A DNA stretch of 64,000 nucleotides from Candidatus Bathyarchaeota archaeon (GTDB taxonomy: Archaea; Thermoproteota; Bathyarchaeia; Bathyarchaeales; Bathycorpusculaceae): assembly GCA_963775685.1 (NCBI GenBank), contig CAVZJV010000014.1, positions 1,088,001 to 1,152,000 on the forward strand, in the 5' to 3' direction. The translations under genes and the position numbers were made by a program. The notes beneath the pieces are model-generated. The model worked only from the letters and a program-made list of their open reading frames with translations. It ran no database searches and was not told the DNA's origin. Positions 10,612-20,702 of the stretch are shown in pieces. Every line of letters starts with the position of its first letter. Positions within the stretch are counted from its first letter, which is position 1.

Positions 10612-11518
10612 TTCTTTTTAAAATAATCTCGATCAAATAAGAGAAAGTGCCATTGGTCGGTCGCATAGAATAGCTTAATCCTGCCCACGAAAACCGATTC
10701 CTTGTTTGCTCCCAACCCCTAAAAAGCTGGGCACCAACGCATTTTTGTAGGCTGAAAGAGATTTGCCCATTTTCGCTCTGTAAAGAAGCGTTGTCAGCTA
10801 CAACTATTTCCCAAGCACCAATCTTGTTACCGTGAAGAGTTAAAGCGTTTGAATCAGCGTATTTTTGGAAGACACTGGATCCTTGCTCGTTTAAAACCAG
10901 GGCTTCTACAGAGTTGTTTAGGTTTATTCTTGAGAAGTCTACTTGGACGTTGATTGCTGTAGGTCGGCAATGATAGATTACTGTTACAGTTCCACGGGGT
11001 TTAACGATGACAAATTCAGTTTTTATATTTGCTAAATCTCGCAGTTCCATAAATTTATTGAAGAGCGGAATTAGTTTTTTGTGTTTAAGGTACAACAATT
11101 GGAAGGTTTTTCTTAAAGGCGTATAGAGGCTGTCATCTATGTAGCTGTTTTGCCCAAACTTCTTGAGTGAAACCGTATCTAGAGTAAAAGTCTTAGTTAC
11201 CCAAAAAGAGGATCCTTTTTTTTGGATTGACAGGTCCGCTGTTTGGGAGAAAAACGTTTTATCCTTGTATTTAACGATTGGAACTCCAAAGCCTACCCCT
11301 TCCTCAATCAACTCCCTACCATCCAGTAAGAGCACAAGCCCTTTTTGAAGGCGGCCAGTCTCCAAGCACTTCGGTCTGGAGTCCTTGTAGGCCCTAACAG
11401 ATAAGCGGTCTGTCAACTGTAGGGTAATCGTTTCTGTAGAATCCAAAGAATTTGAATATACGGTTGTTTGGAGCTGGTTCAAGTTTAACACCGCGCATAG
11501 TTTTAAAATAAGCGTCAA
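10595..11518 (-). CDS. Conserved-looking hypothetical protein
   Basis: 307-aa ORF with distinctive motifs KGLVL...EEGVGFGVP, NEQG, FRGWE..RFSWAGLSY; function unknown. Confidence 0.7.
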   Translation of the reverse strand: MTLILKLCAVLNLNQLQTTVYSNSLDSTETITLQLTDRLSVRAYKDSRPKCLETGRLQKGLVLLLDGRELIEEGVGFGVPIVKYKDKTFFSQTADLSIQKKGSSFWVTKTFTLDTVSLKKFGQNSYIDDSLYTPLRKTFQLLYLKHKKLIPLFNKFMELRDLANIKTEFVIVKPRGTVTVIYHCRPTAINVQVDFSRINLNNSVEALVLNEQGSSVFQKYADSNALTLHGNKIGAWEIVVADNASLQSENGQISFSLQKCVGAQLFRGWEQTRNRFSWAGLSYSMRPTNGTFSYLIEIILKRNGLHG

Positions 11519-11776
11519 AGCAATAAGTTAGAAAGGCACTCAATATTTAATAAGATATGACTACTTAACATTGAAGTGACAATTAAACTAACACATTGTT
11601 AATTTCTATGTTACAATAAATAGACGGAGTTAAAATTTGTGTCATGTGATTTTTTATGGTAGTTTGGATATTCACTTCGCTGCTTTTAATCAAAATCTAC
11701 GTTTATACTGCAAATAACAGAGTGACATACATTGTTGATAGGCTAAAAGAAAAATTTTGTAAACTAAGAAATAAGA

Positions 11777-12979
11777 TTGACATATCCCGAGGAAGAAATA
11801 ATCTTGATACTCCTTAATTACATATGGATCCTTTGGATAATTGGTATGCCAATATACTTCACATTGGCATATGAGATAATAAGATATAGAAAATTTTTAA
11901 TTAAGAAGACGTTTGTGCCTATCAATCCAAAAAGAGTAATATTCCAGATAACTACGATCGGCAATATGGAAATTGTGCAAGAGTCAATTCACAACATTGA
12001 CCGGATTTGCGAAGAAGTTGGATATAACAATTACAACATATGCGTAGTTTCGGAAGTAAAGGAAACATTTAGTGGTGCATTTACATTAACTGTTCCTCAA
12101 AATTATTCGACAACTAATAAAGCCAAATACAAAGCTAGAGCACTACATTATGCAGTAGAACAAAGGGAGAAAAACGAAGAAAACACGGCTGACATTTGGA
12201 TATACCACCTTGACGATGAATCAATGATCACAAAGCAAGGGCTATTGTCAATTCTGGATCATATTGATAATAATCGGCAGCCAATAGCAGAAGGATTAAT
12301 CACATATCCAAATAAAATTAATTTCGGCAGTAAACTGGTTAAATATTTAGATTGCGTCAGACCAACATTTTGCTACACCTGTTGCGCCATGTTAAAATCA
12401 CAAGGAAAACCTGATTGGTTACATGGCTCAAATCTACTTTTAAGAGCAGACATAGAGAAGAGTATTGGTTGGGATTTCCCCAACACCTGCGCAGAAGACA
12501 GCTTGTTTGGCTATGTCGCATACAAGAAGTATGGAGGAATCTTTGGTTGGCACGGTGGGGTTCTAGAAGAACAATCACCGTTTACGTTTTCCGACTTCAT
12601 CAAGCAACGACAGAGATGGATAAAGGGAAACATTGAAAACTTAAGCAGACTGGGGATGTGGGAAAAGGTCAAAGCTACATACAGATTGGCTAGTTGGTTT
12701 TTAGGAGCAGTAAGTTTTTTTGCATTATTACCTTCGTTTTTCATAACACAGTCATATCCCTGGTACATGATCCCCTTCTTTGTTTTAGACACCTTGATTC
12801 TATTTGGCGTCTATCAAATAGGACTCGAGATGAACTTTGCCAAACTCAATAGGAAACAAAGAATTTTTGAACACTTTAAAGTACTGGTCATTTCACCAAC
12901 ACTTTGGTTTCTAGAAGCAGTCCCCATGGCATTGTACTTTTTTAAAAAAGCACCAAAGTTTTATGTAATTAAGAAGTAA
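11777..12979 (+). CDS. Membrane GT2 glycosyltransferase, egghead (beta-1,4-mannosyltransferase)-like
   Basis: FQITT, YKARALHYA, WIYHLDDES, HGSNLL, AED, QRQRW, N- and C-terminal TM helices. Confidence 0.85.
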   Translation: MTYPEEEIILILLNYIWILWIIGMPIYFTLAYEIIRYRKFLIKKTFVPINPKRVIFQITTIGNMEIVQESIHNIDRICEEVGYNNYNICVVSEVKETFSGAFTLTVPQNYSTTNKAKYKARALHYAVEQREKNEENTADIWIYHLDDESMITKQGLLSILDHIDNNRQPIAEGLITYPNKINFGSKLVKYLDCVRPTFCYTCCAMLKSQGKPDWLHGSNLLLRADIEKSIGWDFPNTCAEDSLFGYVAYKKYGGIFGWHGGVLEEQSPFTFSDFIKQRQRWIKGNIENLSRLGMWEKVKATYRLASWFLGAVSFFALLPSFFITQSYPWYMIPFFVLDTLILFGVYQIGLEMNFAKLNRKQRIFEHFKVLVISPTLWFLEAVPMALYFFKKAPKFYVIKK

Positions 12980-13184
12980 CCGGTAACAAAAACAAAAATG
13001 CGAGCTATATCATTCTGAATTTAGCATACGCATGTTTCTCCTGCAATTTTGGAAAAACCCGAAAAGTTATTGGACCTTCTATCTATTAGAAAAACATGCT
13101 CGAACCTCATCTTGAAAATTCTGAAAACCCCTTGCTCGAACAGGCAAATTGTAGTGTATTTTTAATACTTCATATTCAATACAC

Positions 13185-14249
13185 TTGGCGATGACTAAGA
13201 AAGCAAACAATAAAAAGAAAACAGCCTTGGCGTGGACAATTACGCTAATTTCATTAGTGACAATATTCTCCATTCTGACAACTTTATTCTTACAACCAAC
13301 CTGTAGAATAAACACTCAAACAACTCTTAACCAAAGTCCAAAAAAATCGTCAATTCCAACAAGATTAACAGACCTCAATGAAACAACAAACAGAATGGAG
13401 GCATCTAATTCTTACATCAATTACTCTTTGGCACCCAACAACCCAACACCTATTTCTTTAGATGATCCAAAATCTTCAACAAATAAACAACCAGACCCAA
13501 ATCAACTATTTTATTCATTTCTCCACAACATAAATCATGACCAAACGGCAGCATCAACCGCCACTCCTCTGACAAGTGATACACACGCCAACGAAACACA
13601 AAGTTTGAATTCAAATAACCTTAATAACAACGACCCCTCAGCACCCATTCTCACAGTACCCACTCCGCTGGACCCCTTAAATTTCACCACATACATGTAT
13701 GGCGGCAATTCAGATCAACATTCAAATCAAGGACAACTCTTTTCATTCCCAAATAATACGGATCAGGGAAAATTAGCTGGAACGGATGCCATCACTTTCG
13801 GCAATTACGTAATTCAAAAGATGGATTTTGACGCAGAGTTTGTGACACCCGAAATCAACGCACTTGGATTTGATGAAATGGTAATCTTTGCGGCAACAGA
13901 CATCGCAACCTACAAGGGAATAGAATTTGGGATAAGATTGGACTTAGGTAATGGCTACATCTATGGTTATATTCAAGAACCAAATGGCAACTATGGAAAG
14001 GTTAATTTTCAGATGTGGAAGCTAATGCTTAACGATGGAATAATGCATCATTACACCTTAATTATGCTGGGTTCAGGAGTCTCATTTTGTATTGACGGAT
14101 CAAACTATGGTTATCTGAATTTTATCAGCAAAACAAACTATTCCAATCTTAACTTTTCTATTCTAGCGGTCGTTCATAGATTTACGGATAACTGGGACTC
14201 CACTGGCGACTATATGAAGGTGGAAAACTTGTTTCTTAATGAGCAATAA
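13185..14249 (+). CDS. Membrane-anchored extracellular protein with P/S/T/N-rich stalk and concanavalin-like beta-sandwich domain
   Basis: Basic N-terminus plus TM, low-complexity linker, C-terminal DGIMHHYTL...VSFCIDG pattern typical of LamG/ConA folds. Confidence 0.65.
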   Translation: MAMTKKANNKKKTALAWTITLISLVTIFSILTTLFLQPTCRINTQTTLNQSPKKSSIPTRLTDLNETTNRMEASNSYINYSLAPNNPTPISLDDPKSSTNKQPDPNQLFYSFLHNINHDQTAASTATPLTSDTHANETQSLNSNNLNNNDPSAPILTVPTPLDPLNFTTYMYGGNSDQHSNQGQLFSFPNNTDQGKLAGTDAITFGNYVIQKMDFDAEFVTPEINALGFDEMVIFAATDIATYKGIEFGIRLDLGNGYIYGYIQEPNGNYGKVNFQMWKLMLNDGIMHHYTLIMLGSGVSFCIDGSNYGYLNFISKTNYSNLNFSILAVVHRFTDNWDSTGDYMKVENLFLNEQ

Positions 14250-14273
14250 GAAAGAACTCCTACAATCGGAAGA

Positions 14274-15584
14274 CTATATTTTTTGAAGTTTTCCAATATC
14301 AGAGCTAACGGCATCGCTTGGCTTTCGTGTTAGGATTTTTATTACTAATCGCCATGCGAAAAACTGCCAAACAACTGCAACGATAAACTTACCAAGAAGC
14401 CTCCAGAATCGAATCGACTGATCTAACTGAGCCAAATTCGTTATAACAGATGGAGAAACTAGGAAGAACAGTTGCTGGGTCGAAGTGTTGAGGAACATAA
14501 AGACGAGAGGAATCAGCCATAGAAAGGCAAAATTGTGGAAACTCATCTCCTTAGCAATAACCGTTAATAGCGCTAACGAAATTATCAAGTTGAGGTTCGG
14601 TTCGGAGAGCCATGTTCGGGTAAGGAAAAAGATTAGTAATAACATTACTGCTTTTTCTGATAGGTCGGGCATCGTTTTTGGAGGGTTACGGTAGACAAAG
14701 TAGTAACCTATCAGTAATGCTGGTATCCAAAGGTACCCAAGAAATTCAAGACCAGTAGGCAACACTGTGGTGTTTTGGATGATTTCCACTATGTTGAAGA
14801 GGGTCATGCTGTCAGCCATCTTAAAATAAGCTGTCACCTGCCCAGGTGATGAGGGTACCATCCACCCCATCAGATTAAACGGCAAGAACCAAAGTCCAAT
14901 AATCATGCCAAACAGAATTACGAGATAGAGCAGGTTTTTTCGGGGGTTTTTTGGGGTGGAAAAAAACAGGGGCAACCCGATTAATGGAAGAGCTATGGGT
15001 TTTAAAACGATGCTTAACGACAACAGTATTGAACTTTTGACAATTCCGCCTCTCGTTAAGAGGTAAAGTGAAGCCATGCATAAGAGCGCTATTAGAGTGT
15101 CGAACTCTCCCCATGCTGTGGTGGTAAGTAAGGTGAAGGGATTAAACAACAGAAAAAGCCACGCAAAGTAAACCCTTTTTGGGGGCATGTTTAGGTTTTC
15201 CATGATAGTTTTAGTTACATAAGCCAGGGCGATGTTGGCGACGATGACAGGGAGTTTTATGGCAAAGTTGTAGAGGAAAATGTTGGGCATAAGATTGTAG
15301 GAAAGTCGGTAGATTGCTCCCAAAAGCAGCGGCCAAACCGGCGGATATCCAATTATGGGGTTTACGCCGATTAGGTATGGGTTAGAGAAAATGGAGATGA
15401 CATGAGGTATGTATGGATTCAACCCGGCGCTTACCAAGTACCCAGTATCGAGGAAAGAGCGCTCATCATAGTAGTGCCCCAGAAAAACAGCCAAAGGCAC
15501 CTGCACCAAAACGCTTAGGACAACTGCTATTAATTCGCGATGAAGCTTGAGCGCTAATAAGATGCTTGTTCTCAAAAAAAGCAA
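14274..15584 (-). CDS. GT-C fold polytopic glycosyltransferase (GT87/PIG-M-like)
   Basis: GHYYDE after TM1, GYPPVW, IKLPVI, LFNPF...WGEFD, LKP; about 10 TM helices. Confidence 0.8.
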   Translation of the reverse strand: MLFLRTSILLALKLHRELIAVVLSVLVQVPLAVFLGHYYDERSFLDTGYLVSAGLNPYIPHVISIFSNPYLIGVNPIIGYPPVWPLLLGAIYRLSYNLMPNIFLYNFAIKLPVIVANIALAYVTKTIMENLNMPPKRVYFAWLFLLFNPFTLLTTTAWGEFDTLIALLCMASLYLLTRGGIVKSSILLSLSIVLKPIALPLIGLPLFFSTPKNPRKNLLYLVILFGMIIGLWFLPFNLMGWMVPSSPGQVTAYFKMADSMTLFNIVEIIQNTTVLPTGLEFLGYLWIPALLIGYYFVYRNPPKTMPDLSEKAVMLLLIFFLTRTWLSEPNLNLIISLALLTVIAKEMSFHNFAFLWLIPLVFMFLNTSTQQLFFLVSPSVITNLAQLDQSIRFWRLLGKFIVAVVWQFFAWRLVIKILTRKPSDAVSSDIGKLQKI

Positions 15585-15724
15585 CCGACAATAAACTAAA
15601 TGGAAAGTTGGTTATAAAGAAAAAGACAAAAGCTAACGTATAAAATGGTTCAGTCGAGTGTTTTTGGGTTTTATTTTAGAAATAGTCATATGGTTGAGTT
15701 ACGGATTGTATTTGCGAAGTTTAC

Positions 15725-16915
15725 ATGCCTACTAATCTGCCGCCAGAAGCGATGGATAAATGGGAGCTGATTGAGGCTGCCAAGACTCCTAAAGAAAAAA
15801 TGGAAGCCATGATTGAGTTCCTAAAGTATGTTCCGCATCACAAAGGCACTATGAAGTTACGCGGCGAAATGAATAGGAAAATTGCAACAATTCGAGATGA
15901 CTTGGAGAATAAGAGGCGGAAAGGCACAGGCAAGAGTAGCGGTGGACCCAAACTTTTCATTGAAAAAGGCGCTTCAGCTCAGGTAGCGCTAATCGGCATG
16001 ACTAATGTGGGCAAAAGCTGCCTCATGAACGCAACTACAAACTCGAAAGTGCAGGTAACCCCAACACCGTTTAGCACCCATGAACCAGTACCGGGCATCA
16101 TGAATTATTTGGATGTGCAGTTTCAGATTGTGGAGGCACCCGCCGTCATGGAGGGCGCAGCAGAGGGGAAAGCAGGTGGAAACGTTACGTTGGGGTTGGC
16201 AAGGAATGCTGATGGCGTAATTTTGATGCTTGATTTGTCCCGTGACCCTGTGGCGCAGTTGGACTTGATTTTGGCAGAACTTGAGAAGACCCGTGTTTTG
16301 GTAAGTAAGCCTAGTGGCGGTCGCGTGGAAATCGAGAGGCGCTCTGCTGGTGCGCGGCTTAGGGTTATTGTTGTGGGTAGACTCATCGACTGCAGCATGC
16401 GAGACATCGAGGAATTGGTGAGAAACTACAAAATCAACGACGCCATCATCCGCATAAGCGGAGATGTAACCCTAAGCGACGTAGAGGACGCCATATACGA
16501 AAACACCATCTACAAACCCGCAGTAGTCGTCGCCAACAAACTTGACTTACCGGGCACAGCAACTAATCTGCAGCATCTGAAGCAACATGTAAAAGGCAAA
16601 CTACCCATCGTTCCGATGTCTTGCGAATACAAACTTGGCATGCAAGAACTAGGAAAAGCCATCTTTGAATCCATAGGAATTATCCGCGTCTACACAAAAG
16701 AACCTGGCAACAAAATACATAGCGACCACCCGTTTCCCCTAAGAAAAGGCGCCACAGTTAACGAACTCGCCAAAAACATCCACAAAGAACTTATGATGAA
16801 CTTCATGTTTGCTATGGTTTGGGCAAAGCGCCTACCGTTTAGTCCCAAAAAAGTTGGGTTAAATTTTGTTTTAGATGATGGCGACATAATTGAAATTCAC
16901 GCCAGAATAGCTTAA
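15725..16915 (+). CDS. DRG/OBG-family GTPase with TGS domain
   Basis: MPTNLPPEA, PHHKGT, GMTNVGKS, PFST, ANKLD, C-terminal TGS (IRVYTK...LDDGDIIEIH). Confidence 0.93.
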   Translation: MPTNLPPEAMDKWELIEAAKTPKEKMEAMIEFLKYVPHHKGTMKLRGEMNRKIATIRDDLENKRRKGTGKSSGGPKLFIEKGASAQVALIGMTNVGKSCLMNATTNSKVQVTPTPFSTHEPVPGIMNYLDVQFQIVEAPAVMEGAAEGKAGGNVTLGLARNADGVILMLDLSRDPVAQLDLILAELEKTRVLVSKPSGGRVEIERRSAGARLRVIVVGRLIDCSMRDIEELVRNYKINDAIIRISGDVTLSDVEDAIYENTIYKPAVVVANKLDLPGTATNLQHLKQHVKGKLPIVPMSCEYKLGMQELGKAIFESIGIIRVYTKEPGNKIHSDHPFPLRKGATVNELAKNIHKELMMNFMFAMVWAKRLPFSPKKVGLNFVLDDGDIIEIHARIA

Positions 16916-16984
16916 AACGAATTACAACCTAAAAAAAATTGCTAAATTTAAAAAAATAACAAAGTTAAAGAAATTGATGGCAGT

Positions 16985-17584
16985 TTATCTGCTGGATTGT
17001 GCAACACGTTCAATTTCGTTGCGTTTGGCGATGGCGACACTCTTTATGTCTTTGTTAGCGGCGAGAACAAGTTCGTCGGCGAGGGTTTCTTGAATGCTAC
17101 GCGGGTTGTTCTTGCTTGAGGCACGTGCGCCTTCAGTGATGTGACGTATGGCAAGGTCAATTCTACGTTGCGGAGCAACGTCTACGGACAAGTGATAGAC
17201 AACTCCACCGTAGCTGACACGGGTTGTGTCTTCGCAGGGACTGCTGTTTTCGACTGCTTGCACAAGGACCTCAACTGGGTTTTTGTTTGTGCGTAGGTTG
17301 ATGATTTCAAAGGTTTCTTTAACGAAGTTGGTTGCTTTGGCTTTTTTGCCGCTGTTTTTACCAGACCGCATTAACCCGTTGATCAAGCGCTCAACGATGT
17401 TGACTTTGGCTTTGCGGAAGCGTTGGTGTTCGTGGCGTCCCATACTGTGTGGGGCAACCATCGGGGTTAAGTTGAGGTAACGTTGCAGACCGATATCTTT
17501 GACTGTGATGTCTTTGAAGCTCCATTTCTGGAACAGCTTAATTTCCGACGGTTGAGATGAAACTGTGGATGTTGTTTGTGACAT
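16985..17584 (-). CDS. rps7: 30S ribosomal protein S7 (uS7)
   Basis: IKLFQKWS, HEHQRFRKAKVNIVERL, VDVAPQRRID, ERVAQSSR. Confidence 0.98.
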   Translation of the reverse strand: MSQTTSTVSSQPSEIKLFQKWSFKDITVKDIGLQRYLNLTPMVAPHSMGRHEHQRFRKAKVNIVERLINGLMRSGKNSGKKAKATNFVKETFEIINLRTNKNPVEVLVQAVENSSPCEDTTRVSYGGVVYHLSVDVAPQRRIDLAIRHITEGARASSKNNPRSIQETLADELVLAANKDIKSVAIAKRNEIERVAQSSR

Positions 17585-17589
17585 AAAAT

Positions 17590-18030
17590 CTACCTTGCTG
17601 GTTTTTGTTTTCGCCCGTAGACGAGTTCGTTTAGGCTTACGCCGTTAACCATTACGACTTTCCAGCGTACACCTGGAATGTCTCCCATTGCGCCGCCTCT
17701 TGTTCCACCGATACCTTCTACGACAACTTCGTCGTGTTCGTCAACTACGTTGAGAGCGCCGTCACCGGGCAGGAACGCTGTTATGGTTCTGCCGTTTTTG
17801 ATGAGCTGTGTGCGGACACATTTGCGAATGGCGCTGTTAGGCTGTTTAGACTCGACACCTACCTTTTCAAGCACGATGCCACGGCTTTGGGGTGCACCCT
17901 GCATAGGGTCAACTTTCTCATCTAACATAAGCATACGTCGGTTAAAGTAGCGATCTGACCAACGGAAATTCTTCCGCTTCTTTGCTAGTTGCCTTGCGGC
18001 AAATTCGCCTCTTGGAGACTTGGAACCCAT
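17590..18030 (-). CDS. rps12: 30S ribosomal protein S12 (uS12)
   Basis: [28 protein letters not shown]. Confidence 0.98.
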   Translation of the reverse strand: MGSKSPRGEFAARQLAKKRKNFRWSDRYFNRRMLMLDEKVDPMQGAPQSRGIVLEKVGVESKQPNSAIRKCVRTQLIKNGRTITAFLPGDGALNVVDEHDEVVVEGIGGTRGGAMGDIPGVRWKVVMVNGVSLNELVYGRKQKPAR

Positions 18031-18494
18031 TCTTCAGTTATTCCTTCTTTTTGCACATGCATAGTCATGACACTAATATTTAAACAACACGAAGCAAGGT
18101 ATGAACAAATTCCAAAAACTCTTCATGTCATATGCAAAAAAGATAGTGTAGTCGTGAAACTACCTCTTTGGATACATACTCGAGAATTGTCCCCACTTCA
18201 CTTGCATACTATAGAAGAAATGGGTCTCGTATGTTGAAATAAGCTAGTCGAATTCATTTTGTAAAAGAAAATACCCTCATATTGAGGTTCTATTGGAGGG
18301 CTGGCGGTCAGGCTATGAAGATTATGGAGAGAGCCTCAATTTTTCCCACCGGCAAAGAGGTAAAGTACACCTGGAGCATTAGTGTGAATTTTGGCATTTA
18401 AGCCCCAAGCAGCCCGAGTCGGCTGAAGCAGAGCAAGTGGTTTCCCCAGAAAAGCTTTAAGCTTATCTTTGTATTTACTGGGCAGGGTATAATT

Positions 18495-18599
18495 ATGGAA
18501 AAGAAATGTCCCGTCTGCAAAAAAAAATACACCACCTTTGACGCTAAATCGAAGTATTGTAGCGATGCCTGCGCTAAAAAAGGTGGCAAATCAAAGTAG
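18495..18599 (+). CDS. 34-aa zinc-finger microprotein (CxxC...YCSxxC)
   Basis: Manual translation MEKKCPVCKKKYTTFDAKSKYCSDACAKKGGKSK; TATA-like CTTTAAG at about 18455; below the ORF-track cutoff. Confidence 0.7.
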   Translation: MEKKCPVCKKKYTTFDAKSKYCSDACAKKGGKSK

Positions 18600-18679
18600 A
18601 GTGATCTGCCAAAAGACTCAGTTTTTCAGAATTAGAGCGGCAGCTACTGTAGCGAACGTTTTTAGAAGAAAAATTTTGG

Positions 18680-18850
18680 TCAGGTGGCGGCTATTTTTCG
18701 GAGGGCTTTTTTCTCTATATCTTGGCATTCGTCGCAGAGGTCATGGGTTGGTCGACTGGCGCGTTTTTGGATAACAACGCAGGGGTACTGTTTGCAGTTT
18801 TTGTAGTAGTGCCATCTGTCAGGTTCAGGTCCCTTAACATACTCACTCAT
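18680..18850 (-). CDS. 56-aa putative metal-binding microprotein (WHxxxxC...CxxC)
   Basis: Manual translation MSEYVKGPEPDRWHYYKNCKQYPCVVIQKRASRPTHDLCDECQDIEKKALRKIAAT; GAGG SD and AAATATTT TATA-like element upstream. Confidence 0.7.
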   Translation of the reverse strand: MSEYVKGPEPDRWHYYKNCKQYPCVVIQKRASRPTHDLCDECQDIEKKALRKIAAT

Positions 18851-18896
18851 CCTAACAGTCCTCTATGGTATAATGGGCGCTGCAAATATTTCTGGT

Positions 18897-19544
18897 TTAT
18901 GTAGGTGTACAAAAATGGAAATAAGGTTTGAGCGACAATTTGGGTTTTCTTATTTTGAAATCAAGAAAAAGCCCCACTTCTCCAAACAAATTAGGCAAAA
19001 ACTTCACTGTACGATTCCTCGAAATAAACACAGCATCTTCTATGGTTATGTGAGTTTTTTTGCAGTATGCTTTGAAGTCTGCGAAGCTGAGGAAGTGAAG
19101 GTTAGGGGTGTCATACCATTCATAGGGCAGTGAGGGAGTAACGGGAACTTTTCCGCGGAAAAAGATTTGGAATCGGCTGGTGATGTAGCAAAAGTTGGGG
19201 AAGCCAACGATGACTTTTTTTCCCACACGAAGAGCTTCTTTTATGGCAGAATCTGGTTTTCTTACCTGCTGCAACGTCTGGTTTAGGATAACATAGTCCA
19301 CGTTTTTGTCGGAGTATTCAGTTAAGCCTGTGTCGATGTCCTGTTGAAAAACGCTCAGGCCAGCTGCAACACAGTTGTGAACGGCGTGTTCACTGAGTTC
19401 AACTCCTTGAGCATGAATTTGCTTGTTCCTTATCAATAATGAAAGAAGTTCGCCGTCGCCGCACCCCAAATCCAAGACAGATGCTCCGCTTATGATCCAA
19501 CTTGAAATGACTTTGTGCTCTGTCGCGCGGGTTTGCTTAGTCAT
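18897..19544 (-). CDS. metW: Methionine biosynthesis protein MetW
   Basis: VLDLGCGDG, VILNQTLQ, GFPNF, LPYEWYDTPNLH; true C-terminus probably GLFLISK-stop near 18950 (extra base in a T-run). Confidence 0.92.
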   Translation of the reverse strand: MTKQTRATEHKVISSWIISGASVLDLGCGDGELLSLLIRNKQIHAQGVELSEHAVHNCVAAGLSVFQQDIDTGLTEYSDKNVDYVILNQTLQQVRKPDSAIKEALRVGKKVIVGFPNFCYITSRFQIFFRGKVPVTPSLPYEWYDTPNLHFLSFADFKAYCKKTHITIEDAVFISRNRTVKFLPNLFGEVGLFLDFKIRKPKLSLKPYFHFCTPT

Positions 19545-19549
19545 AGTGT

Positions 19550-20680
19550 TTAGGCTACTCCTTTTGCGTTCACCACAGCTTTCAAGAAGTCCCCAATAAG
19601 CTGGGTTTCCTGCTTCGTCTCCAGAAGAAACGCGTCATGTCCATAAGTGCTGGTTAATTCACAGTAACTCGCCTCAACTCCTGCCAGTTTGCACGCTTTT
19701 ACGATTTCTTGGCTTTGGTAGGCTGGGTAGAGCCAATCAGATTTGAAAGCTAACACCAGCACCTTTGCCTTTAAACCTGCAAAGACGCGCCCTAACTCGT
19801 GACCGTTTAGCAGGTTAAAGTTATCGATGGCTTTGGTGAGGTAGAGGTAGCTATTAGCATCGAAGCGTTTAACAAAGTTGTCACCTCGATAACGAAGATA
19901 ACCCTCCACTTCGAAGTCAGCGGCAAACTTGAAGGGTTCTTTGTCGGAACGGGTTTTTCTTCCGAACTTTTCCGTCATAGATGTGTCACTCATGTAGGTT
20001 ATGTGCCCAATCATCCTTGCCACAGCCAAGCCCTTCGACGGCGACGCTGAGTTGTAGTAGTTGCCGTTTTTCCAGTCAGGGTCAGCCATGACTGCTTGTC
20101 GCCCAACTTCATTGAAGGCGATTTGCTGTGGTGTGTGCTTTAGGGTGGTTGCGATGGGAATTACCGACTGAATTTTTTCAGGGTAAGAACACATCCATTG
20201 TAAAACTTGCATCCCACCCATGGAGCCGCCAACGACCGACAGAAGCGTCTCTATCCCTAAGTGGTCTATGAGGTGCTTTTGAGCTAAAACCATATCGCTG
20301 ATACTAACCAAGGGGAACCCCAAACCGTATGGTTTTCCCGTTTTTGGGTTTGTTGAGGATGGCCCTGTTGAGCCCTTGCAGCCTCCAACGACGTTGCTGC
20401 TTATGACAAAGTACTTGTTGGTGTCTATGCCTTTACCTTCGCCGATAAGGTTTTCCCACCAACCGTCTGGACCAGCGACATGGGCGTCGCCGGTTAGGGC
20501 ATGGACAATCAAGATTGCGTTTGACTTTTCCGTGTTTAATCTGCCGTATGTTTCATAAGCAAGCGTTGTGGGACCTAGCTTTTCGCCGGATTCCAACGTT
20601 AACTCGTTTGGGGGATAGGCAAAACTGTAGGTTTGCGTTGGGTTGGTTTTTTCGTTGGTTATTAGGTTAGTTGCCTCCAT
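19550..20680 (-). CDS. metX: Homoserine O-acetyltransferase
   Basis: [47 protein letters not shown]. Confidence 0.95.
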   Translation of the reverse strand: MEATNLITNEKTNPTQTYSFAYPPNELTLESGEKLGPTTLAYETYGRLNTEKSNAILIVHALTGDAHVAGPDGWWENLIGEGKGIDTNKYFVISSNVVGGCKGSTGPSSTNPKTGKPYGLGFPLVSISDMVLAQKHLIDHLGIETLLSVVGGSMGGMQVLQWMCSYPEKIQSVIPIATTLKHTPQQIAFNEVGRQAVMADPDWKNGNYYNSASPSKGLAVARMIGHITYMSDTSMTEKFGRKTRSDKEPFKFAADFEVEGYLRYRGDNFVKRFDANSYLYLTKAIDNFNLLNGHELGRVFAGLKAKVLVLAFKSDWLYPAYQSQEIVKACKLAGVEASYCELTSTYGHDAFLLETKQETQLIGDFLKAVVNAKGVA

Positions 20681-20702
20681 AAAAAGAAAAAATTGTTTGT
20701 GT

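Noticed and set aside
17989-18480. ORF 17989..18237 and possible ncRNA upstream of rps12
   Set aside because: No recognisable protein motif, overlaps the rps12 start and promoter, and no convincing stems or C/D boxes
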